A DNA stretch of 64,000 bases from Eledone cirrhosa (lineage: Eukaryota). Of this stretch, positions 41,234-53,616 are shown piece by piece (within the stretch, counting starts at the first letter, position 1; each line of letters begins with the position of its first letter). A program made the translations under genes and the position numbers. The notes under the pieces are model-generated. The model saw only the letters and a list, made by a program, of their open reading frames with translations, had not been told where the DNA came from and did no database searches. Location of the stretch: assembly GCA_964016885.1 (NCBI GenBank), contig OZ024759.1, forward strand, positions 20,584,001 through 20,648,000, in the 5' to 3' direction.

Positions 41234-41293
41234 ATATTGTATTGATTATTATACCTTATATATATATATATATATACACACATACATACATAC

Positions 41294-41690
41294 ATTCGGT
41301 GGATAAGGATGCAGTTCACTTCAAGCACTCAACGTCTTATTACTTCTTTAAAATAAGGATGACGGAGTATATTTTTAAAGAGGAAAATGTGAAGTTGTAG
41401 ATGTTAGTCTTTTATTAATTGAGCTGTTATACATATTTCAATGATGATAGTTATCGTGATTTCTTCAGACATGAATGTTTTTGCTTTGGTTATCCATTCA
41501 CGAAGGGAGTGGACAGCTCAAGTAAAAACATACATTTTTTTAGTCTGCTCCTTTCCACCCATAATTGCCTTGAAAACTTTACCTTTTACTCAATTTTGCT
41601 GTCTGAACAAATCAAGATATCTATCATCATGGAAATATGTATAACGGCTCAATTAATATAAGACTAATATCTACAACTTCACATTTTCCT

Positions 41691-41694
<4 letters not shown>
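41294..41694 (-). mobile_element. Penelope-like inverted terminus with a hammerhead in each arm
   Basis: Arms 41377-41471 and 41600-41694; minus arm tgt-CTGAAGA...GAAA-tatgta-TA-acag, plus arm has CTGAACA; tail TTGAGTGCT (41324-41332, minus). Confidence 0.75.
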
Positions 41695-41746
<52 letters not shown>

Positions 41747-41748
<2 letters not shown>

Positions 41749-42383
41749 TCATCATCATCATCATCACCGTTTTACGTCCGTTCTTCCACGCTAGCATGGG
41801 TTAGACGGGTTGTCCTGTTGTGGGCAGTGTCTGGTCGGCTGACCATGCCTTGCTCATACAGGAACTGATCTGGCTTGATTTCTACAGCTGGATGCCCTCC
41901 CTAACACCAACCTCATTTACAGTGAGTGCTGGGTGCTTTTTCGTGGCGCCTACACGTCCACTTTACTGTGTGGGCTGGGTGCTTTTTTGCCGTGGCACCT
42001 CCACGACCACCTTGCGGTGGGGGGGGGGGGGCATATTGTTTATATGCTTCAGCATGTACCCATGGGAGGTCGGGTACCCTGTATTACTGCGTGACGCCAG
42101 AAGTCACGGTCGTGTGTCATTGACTTTGAGAGGTGTAGTTGGGTAAGGTCGGCTTTTATCACCTCATCCCAAGTCATCTTGGGTCTCCCCACTCCGCGGT
42201 TTCCATCAACTTCTAGTGCTCTGCACCTTTTTATGCAGCTGTCATCCTTCATACGCATCACATGTCCATACCAGCGTAACCGCCTCTCCTGCACGCAGCA
42301 TTTGATTCCTCTTATGCTCAGTCTCTCTCTCAATTCATTTATGCTTTGTCGTTCACGTATATTACTGTTACACATCCATCGGA
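41747..42383 (-). mobile_element. RTE LINE 3' fragment whose UTR matches the SINE A long tail
   Basis: RWMCNSNIRE...RRLRWYGHVMRM...GRPKMTW, followed by 48-bp units and the long tail. Confidence 0.92.
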
Positions 42384-42519
42384 TGTGTAACAGTAATATA
42401 CTGTTATATATATGTGTAACTATATATATATAGAGAGAGAGAGAGAGAGATTTCGCCATATTTCTTACTGAAGAAATTTTATCCTGATAGTGGGGTTTAA
42501 GAAATGGAAAAAGATGAGT

Positions 42520-42590
42520 ATTGACGTACATGAGAGTCGAACCCACATCTTTGGTTATCCAGACCACTGTGCTACCATTACACCAACACA
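42520..42590 (-). mobile_element. tRNA-derived fragment (SINE head or pseudo-tRNA)
   Basis: Minus TGGTGTAATGG...GGTTCGACTC (A/B-box-like); no convincing cloverleaf. Confidence 0.5.
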
Positions 42591-42706
42591 TCACCCGTCT
42601 CTTTCCATTTAAATTAGAAGCTACATTCTTAGCAAGTATGACCTGTATGTATGTTTTGAAACAGCGAGACAAATCAGTTTTGCTTCTGAATGAAATAAGA
42701 CAGTGT

Positions 42707-43445
42707 CATCATTATCATCCTCATCACCGTTTTACCTCCATTTTTCCACACTAGCATGGGTTAGACGAGTTGTCCTGTTATGAGTAATGCTAGATCCGGT
42801 GACCATGTCTTGCTCATACAGAACTGATTTTGCCTTGGTTCCTACAGCTGGATGCCCTTCCTAACACCATTTACAGTGTAGACTGGATGCTTTTTGTTGT
42901 GACACCCACATGACCACTTTACAGTGTAGACTGGGTGCTTTTTGTCGTGACACCTACACGACCACTTAACAGTGTAGACAAGGTGCTTTTTGTTGTGACA
43001 CCTACACGACCACTTTACAGTGTAGACTGAGTGTTTTTTGTCGTGACACCTACACGACCACTTTACAGTGTAGACTGGGTGCTTTTTGTCATGACACCTA
43101 CACGACCACTTTACAGTGTAGACTGGGTGTTTCTTGTCGTGACACCTACACGACCACTTTACATTGTAGACTGGGTGCTTTTTTGTCGTGACACCTACAC
43201 GACCACTTTACAGTGTAGACTGGGTGTTTCTTGTCGTGACACCTACACGACCACTTTACATTGTAGACTGGGTGCTTTTTTGTCGTGACACCTACACGAC
43301 CACTTTACAGTGTAGACTGGGTGTTTCTTGTTGTGACACCTACACGACCACTTTACAGTGTAGACTGGGTGCTTTTTGTCGTGATACCTACACGACCACT
43401 TTACAGTGTAGACTGGGTGCTTTTTGTCGTGACACCCACACAACC
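42707..43445 (-). mobile_element. RTE-UTR/SINE tail with an independent 48-bp minisatellite expansion (about 12 units)
   Basis: Unit ttacagtgtagactgggtgctttttgtcgtgacacctacacgaccact. Confidence 0.9.
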
Positions 43446-43673
43446 ACCAACACCACAGTGTACTATTGGAAATCGAACATTAAACTCCCAATCATATGAT
43501 CATAAACCAAACACCCTAACCAGCTAGCCCGATAGCTTGACAATATATTAGCTGTTGTGTATACTGAAGTTTCCACATTTCCATAAGTTTAATACACAAT
43601 TATCTTATTCAATGTGTTGTTTGGTTACAGATCATGCTGTGTGTGTAAATATTTATGTATGTATATATTTAAC

Positions 43674-43705
<32 letters not shown>

Positions 43706-43854
43706 CGTACATACATATAGATATGTAGATATAATGTATACAGTACAATGTCCATTTGTAAGTATGATGGATATTAGACTAGAGGAGAATTATAAAATAT
43801 TCCTTCTGCTTATTTGCTACTGACAATATATATATATTAGTGTCAGAGTGTGTG

Positions 43855-43893
<39 letters not shown>

Positions 43894-44459
43894 ATATATA
43901 CACACACACACACACACACCACACACACGTGTGTGCTGTGTGTATATCTATTTCTCTCTCTCGTTATATTTGGATCATTTCACCATCCAGTTTGAAAAAT
44001 TGCTTATCATTTGGTCTGTATATGTGTACGTATGTATGTGTGTATATGGTGTATATGGTGTATATATGTATATGAATGAATGACTGAATGCATGTGAATG
44101 TAACACACACGTGTGCTGGCATGGCAAAATGGACATTAGATGCTGATACACACACACACTCACACACTCCATCTATATACACACATGCCCTCTATATATA
44201 TATATCTATCTGTATAAAAGAACACCAATTGCTGAGGTATTTGCAGATGTTCAAATATTTATTTCTGTTTAATGCAGTGTAAGCTAATGGGTCAATTTCT
44301 ATCCATCCATGGGACTTAAACTCTTGGAGAAGTTGTGATGGTTAGGATGGCACAGATGTGGCATAGATAATATCCTTAACATATTTAAACCTGACAGACA
44401 GCATCCCTTTTCAGGTCTGTACACAGCGCCAATTCTTTCCAGTGAAAGATATATATATA

Positions 44460-44720
44460 TATGGTGGCTGCCAACATGTTTTCGAGTACGGCCACTACTT
44501 TATATCCATGTAGGAGAACCCCTACCGATGTGCTGAACGAGTGTGACTTTTTAGTCCAGCCAGCGACTTGAAAACTCTGGTACAAACACTACACTTGTGA
44601 CAATTATTGACATATAGTGCTGGTACCATGTGACGACAAGTGCAGAGAGATCTCCAGATATAAAGCAATGCCTGTGCCATGAAGCTTTTATAGTGAGCAA
44701 AGGCACTGCACAAAGTCAGT
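44460..44720 (-). mobile_element. LINE 3' end with C-terminal C2H2 finger (RTE-like)
   Basis: CSVCTRVFKSLAGLKSHTRSAHR* followed by a short UTR running into (TA)n. Confidence 0.65.
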
Positions 44721-45282
44721 CCCACTCTCTTAACCAAGATGATATTTACTAAAAAGAAGAACAAGTCAACATCATTGGATACCATCAGGGTTGCAAGTGT
44801 TATATCAAAGTTTTCCTTCTCCTAGAATTCTGCCTTGACAAAGGCTAAAGGGTCATATCTCCCAGTGATTTTGGATGGCCATTGACTCTTAAGAGGTCCT
44901 TTGCCCTTTGACAGGTTTTGTTTTTAGTCCTGCAGGATGTCCAAAGTCACCCTCCTCACCAAGAAACCTTGGTGGGGTTGCCAGTTTAGTCGCCAACGAC
45001 CCGACCATGAGACAGGTTGTACTGGGATACATGTTACCAGTAGCATCAGCTGGTGACCGACACATATATATGTAGACACACACTTTGGTTACCTGTACAG
45101 GCAATATTTATTAGAATGCTGTTGAAGTGTATATACATTTTTATGGGACACCTTGTTTTATATATATATATGTATATATATATATATGTAGACACACTTT
45201 GGTTACCTGTACAGGCAATATTTATTAGAATGCTGTTGAAGTGTATATACATTTTTATGGGACACCTTGTTTTATATATATC

Positions 45283-45482
45283 TCCAAGAGATAGCAACAT
45301 GAATGGACTTGTTATTTTTCTCTAAAAACATTTTTGCTAATTCTGCCCCACCTGTGCCTTCAATCTTTCTAATTTCTCATTCTTACTTCTGATGAAGGAC
45401 TAGTTATTTCAAGCGTTAAACTAATATATTCCTTCCATTCAATGGACCAATTCTGTTGTTATTTCTGTTTACCTTTTCCATA
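45283..45482 (+). mobile_element. Penelope-like 3' relic, HHR 3' half deleted (family of 59128-59430)
   Basis: caacatgaatggac...cttCTGATGAaggact joined directly to the caagcgttaaactaatata tail; another decayed copy at about 45790-45930. Confidence 0.65.
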
Positions 45483-47237
45483 CATACATATATATATATA
45501 TATGTGTAAAAGCTCTCAGTACATGCTGTAAAGTGGTTGGTGTTAGGAAGGGCATCTAGCCATATAAAGCTTGCCAAACAAGGATTAAGAGGACCCATTA
45601 GTTTGTGTCAAAAGACATGACAACTTTTCTTCTACACTTCATATGACCATATGTAAGCGGGATACAGACCCCTTCAATCTGCCTGGTAGATACTGACTTG
45701 GTCTATGTAGATCTGTCCAACCCTTGCTAGCAAGGAAAGCAGACATATTTATACTCCTGTCCACTCTCCTCTATTTTTCTATTTCTTCTTTAATTTCTCA
45801 TTCTATTTTTTGATGAAGGATTAGTGTCTGAAATGTTAAGACTTTTCCTATTATATTAAGTAGGTAACTAATGTATATTTTCATTCTACTTCGTCTGTTG
45901 TTTGTTTGTTTTTTTTTCGGTTACTTTTCACACGTGTGTGTGTGTGTGTGTGTGTGTAACAAAGTTGCATGCGAAAGTGGGACAGATGAATAAAAATACA
46001 TCACTGGTACTTTATTTATCAACCTTGAAAGGATGAAATACATACGGAGTTGACCTTGGAGGAATTTGAACTCAGAGAACACACAGAAAACTCTGAGAGC
46101 CAGAGTGAATGGGGCAAAGCATTCTATCCAATATTCTAAGAATTGGCTACTTCAGGTTCATCTAGCATATGTTAATAATATCAGGATGGAATCAAGGTGG
46201 AATGAGGGTGGAATCTGAGGTAATGTGTGGGTTTGAAGTTTCACACTTGGAAACATTGGTGAATTGATTTGCTTTGATGATTCACAACTTTATATCATAA
46301 GAGGTGAGAGGAGAGATGTTTCTATATATTTCTATATATTTCAATAGAAATTGGTCCAGAAAGACCAATGGTCACACACAATGGCATCTGTAATTTCAAG
46401 AGACACACAGATTTTATGGCCTTCCAAATTAAATAACAGTGGAGTCGTAAACACCAAACATTTGACCAACTTGACCGATGCCTAATGTGATTACAGGTTT
46501 CAGTCAAAACGATTGACACAAACACAAATGGTATTTGGTGGTATTTGGTGATATTTGGTGATTTGTTGTTGATGGGGGCTGTCGGTGGTGCTGGTGGTTG
46601 TGTGTGTACTTGTGTCTTTGTTGGTGGCGGTTGTGTGTGTACGTGTGTCTTTGTTGGTGGTGGTTGTGTGTGTGTACTTGTCTTTGTTGGTGCTGGTGGT
46701 TGTGTGTGTGTACTTGTGTCTTTGTTGGTGGTTGTGTGTGTGTACTTGTCTTTGTTGGTGGTGGTGGTTGTGTGTGTGTACTTGTGTCTTTGTTGGTGGT
46801 GGTGGTTGTGTGTGTGTACTTGTGAGTGTGTGGCTGTGTGTGTATTTATGTGTGTGCGTGTGTGTCTGTCTGTTTGTGTGTGCATTTGTTGTTTTGTAGG
46901 TTTGTGTTTGTATATATGTATATTTGTGTGAGTGTGTGTGTTTGTGAGTGTATTGCATGTGTGTATTTTTGAGTACTTGTGTTTGTGTGTGTGTTTGTGT
47001 GTGTATATTTGTGTTTGTATTTGTGTGTTTGTATTTGTGAGATGTGTGAATGTGTGTTTGTGGTGTGTGTGTGTGCTTGTGTGTGTGCTTGTGTGTGTGC
47101 TTGTATGTATTTGTGCTTGTGTTATTGTGTGCGTTTGTGCATCTGTCTATGTGTGTGTATGACGACAATATGACCTCTGACCTTCCTCTCATTATTTCAG
47201 ATCTATAATGTAGAAATATTAAATAAATCGTTCTCAC

Positions 47238-47740
47238 TCTTTCACTCTTTCTCTTTCACTCTTTCTCTTTCACTCTTTCTCTTTCACTCTTTCTCTTTCA
47301 CTCTTTCTCTTTCACTCTTTCTCTTTCACTCTTTCTCTTTCACTCTTTCTCTTTCTCTTTCACTCCTCTTTCCCTCCTTCTCTTTCTCTCCTTCTCTTTC
47401 TCTCCTTCTCTTTCACTCCTCTCTTTCTCTCTTTCACTCCTCTCTTTCTCTCTTTCACTCCTCTCTTTCTCTTTCACTCCTCTCTTTCTCTTTCACTCTT
47501 TCTCTCTCGCTCCTTCTCTCTCGCTCCTTCTCTCTCGCTCCTTCTCTCTCGCTCCTTCTCTCTCGCTCCTTCTCTTTCACTCCTTCTCTTTCACTCCTCT
47601 CTCGCTCCTTCTCTTTCACTCCTCTCTCGCTCCTTCTCTTTCACTCCTTCTCTTTCACTCCTTCTCTTTCACTCCTTCTCTTTCTCTTTCACTCCTTCTC
47701 TTTCTCTTTCACTCTTTCTCTTTCACTCTTTCTCTTTCGT
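47238..47740. repeat. Polypyrimidine 13-15-bp minisatellite
   Basis: (ctctttcactcttt)n variants. Confidence 0.95.
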
Positions 47741-47974
47741 TTCTCTTTCTCTCTCTCACACACACTCCCACCTTCTCTCTCTTACTCAGTTTCTCTCAAT
47801 ACATGATTTAATCACAAAATGAAACAGGACTAATACTGTAGCAGTCTCTTCTGTTTGAATTGTGTATCCATGTTTTTAGAATAGGTACGCGATATCACTG
47901 TGTTAATAGAGGGGGCTAAAAGGGTTGGCGTCAGGAAGGGCATCTGGTTGGCTTTAGCCAAACAACCAGCTAGT

Positions 47975-48455
47975 CCGACAATCAATCGACCAGTTAACCA
48001 ACCAACTGATTAACCAACTAAGTATCCAATTAATTAACCAACCAGCCAGCCAATCACCCAACCAGCCAGCCAACCAACCAATCAGCCAGCCAACCAACCA
48101 ACCAGCCAACCAACCAACCAGCCAGCCAACCAACCAGCCAACCAACCAACCAGCCAACCAACCAGCCAACCAACCAACCAGCCAACCAACCAACCAGCCA
48201 ACCAACCAACCAGCCAACCAACCAACCAGCCAACCAACCAGCCAACCAACCAACCAGCCAACCAGCCAACCAGCCAACCAATCAGCCAGCCAACCAACCA
48301 ACCATCCAGCCTGCCAACCAACCAACCATCCAGCCAGCCAGCCAGCCAACCAACCAACCAACCAGCCAACCAGCCAGCCAGCCAACCAACCAGCCAGCCA
48401 GCCAACCAACCAACCAGCCAGCCAACCAACCAACCAACCAGCCAACCAGGCAGCC
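47975..48455. repeat. (CCAA)/(CCAG) tetranucleotide satellite
   Basis: Directly visible. Confidence 0.97.
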
Positions 48456-48639
48456 AGTTTCATAACCTCCTGGATGGTTAAAAAAATAGGAAAAAAGTTG
48501 AACATATAACTTCTCCTCATCATCATCCAACTCACCCCCCCCCCACACTCACCCACCCCACTCTTTCCTGTTAAACATTACCCCCAACCCTAACCCTTTC
48601 ACCTTGTTTATTAATTCATTTTACCATATATTCTTTAAT

Positions 48640-49787
48640 GAAGATAGTGATGATGACGATAATTATAAGATTGATGATGAAGATGATAATTATGATAAGA
48701 CTGATGGTGTTGATGATAACTATGATGATGTTGAAGATGATGAAGATAATTATAAAGTTAATGATGAAAATGATGATAATTATGGTGGTAAGGGCGGTGG
48801 TGAAGATGACAGGGTTATGATGATGATGACAATTATGATGGTAAAGGTGATGAACATGATGTTGATGATAAAGAAAAGACGATGGTGATGATGATGTTTA
48901 TAATGATGATGGTGATTATAATGATGATGATGATTATAACAATGATTGATTAATAACGATGATGATGATTATAATGATGATGATGATGTTTATAATGATG
49001 TTGATCTTTATAATGATGGTGATGATTACAATGATGATTATAATGATGATTATAATGATGTTTATAATGATGATTATAATGATGGTGATGATTATAATGA
49101 TGGTGATGTTTATAACGATGTTTATAATGATGGTGATGATTATAACAATGATGATGATTATAACAATGATGATGATTATAATGATGGTGATGATTATAAT
49201 GATGGTGATGATTATAATGATGGTGATGATTATAATGATGGTGCTGATTATAATGATGGTGATGATTATAATGATGGTGCTGATTATAATGATGGTGCTG
49301 ATTATAATGATGGTGATGATTATAATGATGGTGATGATTATAACGATGGTGATGATGATGATTATAATGATGATTATAATGATGGTGATGATTATAATGA
49401 TGGTGATGATGATTATAACAATGATGATGATTATAATGATGTTTATAATGATGGTAATGATTATAATGATGGTGATGATTATAATGATGATGATTATTAT
49501 TATGATGATGATGATTATAACAATGATGATGATTATTACGATGGTGATGATTATAATGATGGTGATGATGATGTTTATAATGATGGTGATGATTATAACA
49601 ATGATGATGATTATAACAATGATGATGATTATAACGATGGTGATGATTATAACGATGGTGATGATTATAATGATGGTGATGATTATAATGATGGTGATGA
49701 TTATAATGATGATGATTATAACAATGATGATGATTATAACAATGATGATGATTATAATGATGGTGATGATTATAATGATGGTGATGA
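48640..49787. repeat. (GAT)-derived 18-bp minisatellite
   Basis: (gatggtgatgattataat)n. Confidence 0.95.
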
Positions 49788-49973
49788 GGAAAATCCAATT
49801 AAGTTAGTCCTTGAAGCTCAGAAAATTCTAAAAAGATCGCAGTAATCTGTTTAAGGAGGCTACTCAGTATTGCTGGTCTTTATACATATATGTGTGGTGT
49901 GTATATATATATATATTGCGTGTATGTATGTGTGTGTATATATATAAATATAATATATGTATGTGTGTATATG

Positions 49974-50036
<63 letters not shown>

Positions 50037-50156
50037 TGTGTGTATGTATGTGTATATATATAAATATAATATATGTATGTGTGTATATGTATATATGTGT
50101 GTGTGTGTGTGTGTATGTATATATATATATGTGTGTGTGTATATATAAATATATAT

Positions 50157-50187
<31 letters not shown>

Positions 50188-50230
50188 AATATATATAAAT
50201 ATATATATATATATAAATATATATAAATAT

Positions 50231-50277
<47 letters not shown>

Positions 50278-50289
50278 TATATATATATA

Positions 50290-50373
50290 CGAGTGGAGAG
50301 ATGCTGTGCTGAATAAGACCCGTCCCACCCTTGCAAGCAGGGAAGAGCGGACGTAAAATGATGATGATGATGA
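50290..50373 (+). mobile_element. Short RTE 3' end (same family as 6667-6897)
   Basis: gagtggagagatgctgtgctgaataagacccgtcccacccttgcaagcaggg followed by (GAT)n. Confidence 0.85.
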
Positions 50374-50415
50374 TGTGTGTATGTATGTATGTATATGTAA
50401 GTGTGCATGTATATT

Positions 50416-50446
<31 letters not shown>

Positions 50447-50737
50447 ACATGTGTGTGTATGTGTATGTATATATGTGTGTATGTATATATGTATATGTAT
50501 ATATATGTATGTGTGTATATGTATGTGCATGTGTGTGTATATATGCATATATATACATATATATATAAATATAGTGTGTGTGTATGCATGTGTGCATATA
50601 TATATATGTGTGTGTGTGTTTTTGTATGTGTATAAGTATGTGTATGAATGTTCATATGTATGCAAGTGTGTGTATGTATGTAAATATATGTATATAACTA
50701 TATATACACACCGATTTGTTTCAATACACAAACACAT

Positions 50738-50824
<87 letters not shown>

Positions 50825-51130
50825 TATATAGAACGGAAAAAATAGTGCACTTGAGATAGGCAGAGAGATAGATAGAAAACCGATAGATTGATTCATAGAC
50901 CGATAGATAGATAGACAGGGAAAACATGGACGTTAAACAGTGATATATATATATATGTGGATATATATAGATGTGTGTGTATGTATATATATATGTGTAT
51001 GTGTATATATGTATATATACAAAGAGAGAGAGCGGCGAGGGGTAGATACACAGATAGATATATAAAAAATACTGAAAGAAAATATAATGAATTACAGAGA
51101 TCAGGCTGGATAGAAGATATCTGCAGAAGC

Positions 51131-51161
<31 letters not shown>

Positions 51162-51164
51162 TCT

Positions 51165-51225
<61 letters not shown>

Positions 51226-51260
51226 ATCTATCTATATATGTGTGTGCATGTATATATATA

Positions 51261-51306
<46 letters not shown>

Positions 51307-51396
51307 CAGGGAGAAAGAGACGATTATGAGGAAGAAAAATATTTTTTTTTCCTTTTTTTTGTCTCCACATTTTATTATTATTATTATATATGTATA

Positions 51397-51428
<32 letters not shown>

Positions 51429-51429
<1 letters not shown>

Positions 51430-51487
51430 TGTATTCTCTTCAAGCTATATATATATATATATATATATATATTGTATTCTCTTCAAG

Positions 51488-51532
<45 letters not shown>

Positions 51533-51825
51533 ATTCTCTTCAAGCTATATATATATATATATATATATTGTATTCTCTTCAAGCTATATATATAGATATA
51601 TAGATATATATATATTGTATTCTCTTCAAGCTATATATATATATATATTGTATTCTCTTCAAGCTATATATATAGATATATAGATATATATATATTGTAT
51701 GCTCTTCAAGCTATATATATATATATATAGATATAGATATATATTGTATCCTCTTCAACCTATATATCTATATATATATATATAGATATATAGATATATA
51801 GATTTATAGCTTGAAGAGAATACAA
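51429..51825. repeat. Eight 17-bp units (ttgtattctcttcaagc) spaced by variable (TA)n, plus one inverted copy
   Basis: Units at 51429, 51472, 51529, 51568, 51615, 51648, 51695, 51744; inverted copy at about 51809-51825. Confidence 0.92.
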
Positions 51826-51947
51826 GCTGAAACAACAGATCTGTGGTTGGACTTTTACCTCATTAATACAACCATGCTGTTTCCCATCATACATCAAGTA
51901 CTACTCTGATTTATGGTCTTCCTGGTCTTTGTATCACTCAAAATAAA

Positions 51948-52007
<60 letters not shown>

Positions 52008-52144
52008 TAGAAGTTGTATTTAATTTGCTGGAAGTCCGACAAACATAAATGTTTATAACTGATTTAGAGCACTCAACAAGTTACTGGAGTAAATATTTAA
52101 TGATATTAAATAAATGGAAACTATATTTATAAAACCATATTTAA

Positions 52145-52189
<45 letters not shown>

Positions 52190-52193
52190 TAAA

Positions 52194-52234
52194 CCGAGCT
52201 GATGATCCAACTAAGGTGAAACAATTGTTCTCAG
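52194..52234 (+). ncRNA. Minimal hammerhead ribozyme (mirror copy at 52735-52775, minus)
   Basis: ccgag-CTGATGA-tcc aactaa ggt-GAAA-caattg-TT-ctcag. Confidence 0.75.
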
Positions 52235-52272
52235 AAATAGTGAATTAACTGTTGTGGGACTACTTATATATA

Positions 52273-52472
52273 TATATGTATATATTTATTGTATAGAAGG
52301 AGCTTCTACAGGACTAGTACTGTTTCATTCAGATGAAATCTTCAGGATAGTAGAGTGAATGAAACAGTACTAGTCCTGTAGAAGCTCCTTCTATACAATA
52401 AATATATTTTACTCTGCCATGTATTGAGTACCTTACTTACTGTGGTTATCCCCGACTCAACCCGGACCTACG
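52273..52472 (+). mobile_element. Penelope-like inverted terminus (family of 13849-14053); mirror copy at 52497-52696
   Basis: Internal inverted repeat; CTGAAGA-tttc atct gaat-GAAA-cagtactag-TC (52624-52657 in the mirror copy); tail GTATTGAGTAC. Confidence 0.75.
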
Positions 52473-52779
52473 TATATATATATATATATATATATACGTA
52501 GGTCCGGGTTGAGTCGGGGATAACCACAGTAAGTAAGGTACTCAATACATGGCAGAGTAAAATATATTTATTGTATAGAAGGAGCTTCTACAGGACTAGT
52601 ACTGTTTCATTCACTCTACTATCCTGAAGATTTCATCTGAATGAAACAGTACTAGTCCTGTAGAAGCTCCTTCTATACAATAAATATATACATATATATA
52701 TATAAGTAGTCCCACAACAGTTAATTCACTATTTCTGAGAACAATTGTTTCACCTTAGTTGGATCATCAGCTCGGTTTA

Positions 52780-52846
<67 letters not shown>

Positions 52847-52985
52847 TTAAATATGGTTTTATAAATATAGTTTCCATTTATTTAATATCATTAAATATTT
52901 ACTCCAGTAACTTGTTGAGTGCTCTAAATCAGTTATAAACATTTATGTTTGTCGGACTTCCAGCAAATTAAATACAACTTCTACT

Positions 52986-53040
<55 letters not shown>

Positions 53041-53062
53041 TTTGATATTAAATAAATAAATT

Positions 53063-53373
53063 TGATATTAAATAAATGGAAACTATATTTATAAAACCAT
53101 ATTTTATTTAATTATATATATTTCAAGGGCAACCAAGACACCATTGGTGCGCTCTCATCAGATAAAATACAAAGTTTGTTTTAAAAATAGAGACGTACCC
53201 ATGAAATTCATACCGATAAAGTAGGATTTTCATGGGTACATCACTATTTATGAAACAAACTTTGTATTTTATCTGATGAAAGCGCACCAATGTTGTCTTG
53301 GTTGCCCTTGAAATATATATAATTAAATTAAATATGGTTTTATAAATATAGTTTCCATTTATTTAATATCATT
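53063..53373. mobile_element. ~310-bp imperfect palindrome with a hammerhead in each arm (plus strand 53266-53328)
   Basis: attttat-CTGATGA-aagcgcaccaa/ttggttgccctt-GAAA-tatata-TA-attaaat. Confidence 0.75.
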
Positions 53374-53475
53374 GTATATATATATATATATATACATATA
53401 TAAGTAGTTCCACAACAGTTAATTCACCTTAGTTGGATCATCAGCTCGGTTTAAGAAATATATATATATATATAT

Positions 53476-53616
53476 AGGAAGGGCATCCAACTGTAGAAAA
53501 CCCGCCAGACAGTCCTATGCGAGCAAGACAACCACTCTTGCCTCAAGTGGGAAAACCCCCGTCCAAACCCATGCAAGCGTGGAACACTGACGCTAAACCT
53601 GATGATGATGATGATG
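53476..53616 (+). mobile_element. RTE 3' UTR end (family of 39723-40595)
   Basis: Closely matches the reverse complement of 39723-39876. Confidence 0.88.

Larger units (their letters stand above)
51945..53043. repeat. ~1.1-kb palindrome centred on (TA)12 at 52473-52496
   Basis: Non-repetitive segments appear to be exact reverse complements (e.g. 52188 mirrors 52781); only the (TA)n tracts differ. Confidence 0.95.

Noticed and set aside
44522-44600. Host C2H2 zinc-finger gene
   Set aside because: Single finger followed by a stop, short UTR and TA tail; better explained as a LINE C-terminus.
48946-49845. Asp-rich 299-aa ORF resembling a biomineralisation protein
   Set aside because: Fully explained by a (GAT)-derived minisatellite; no signal peptide; other frames are equally open.
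51429-51760. CRISPR-like repeat-spacer pattern
   Set aside because: Spacers are only TA-rich repeats, the context is eukaryotic and there are no cas genes.
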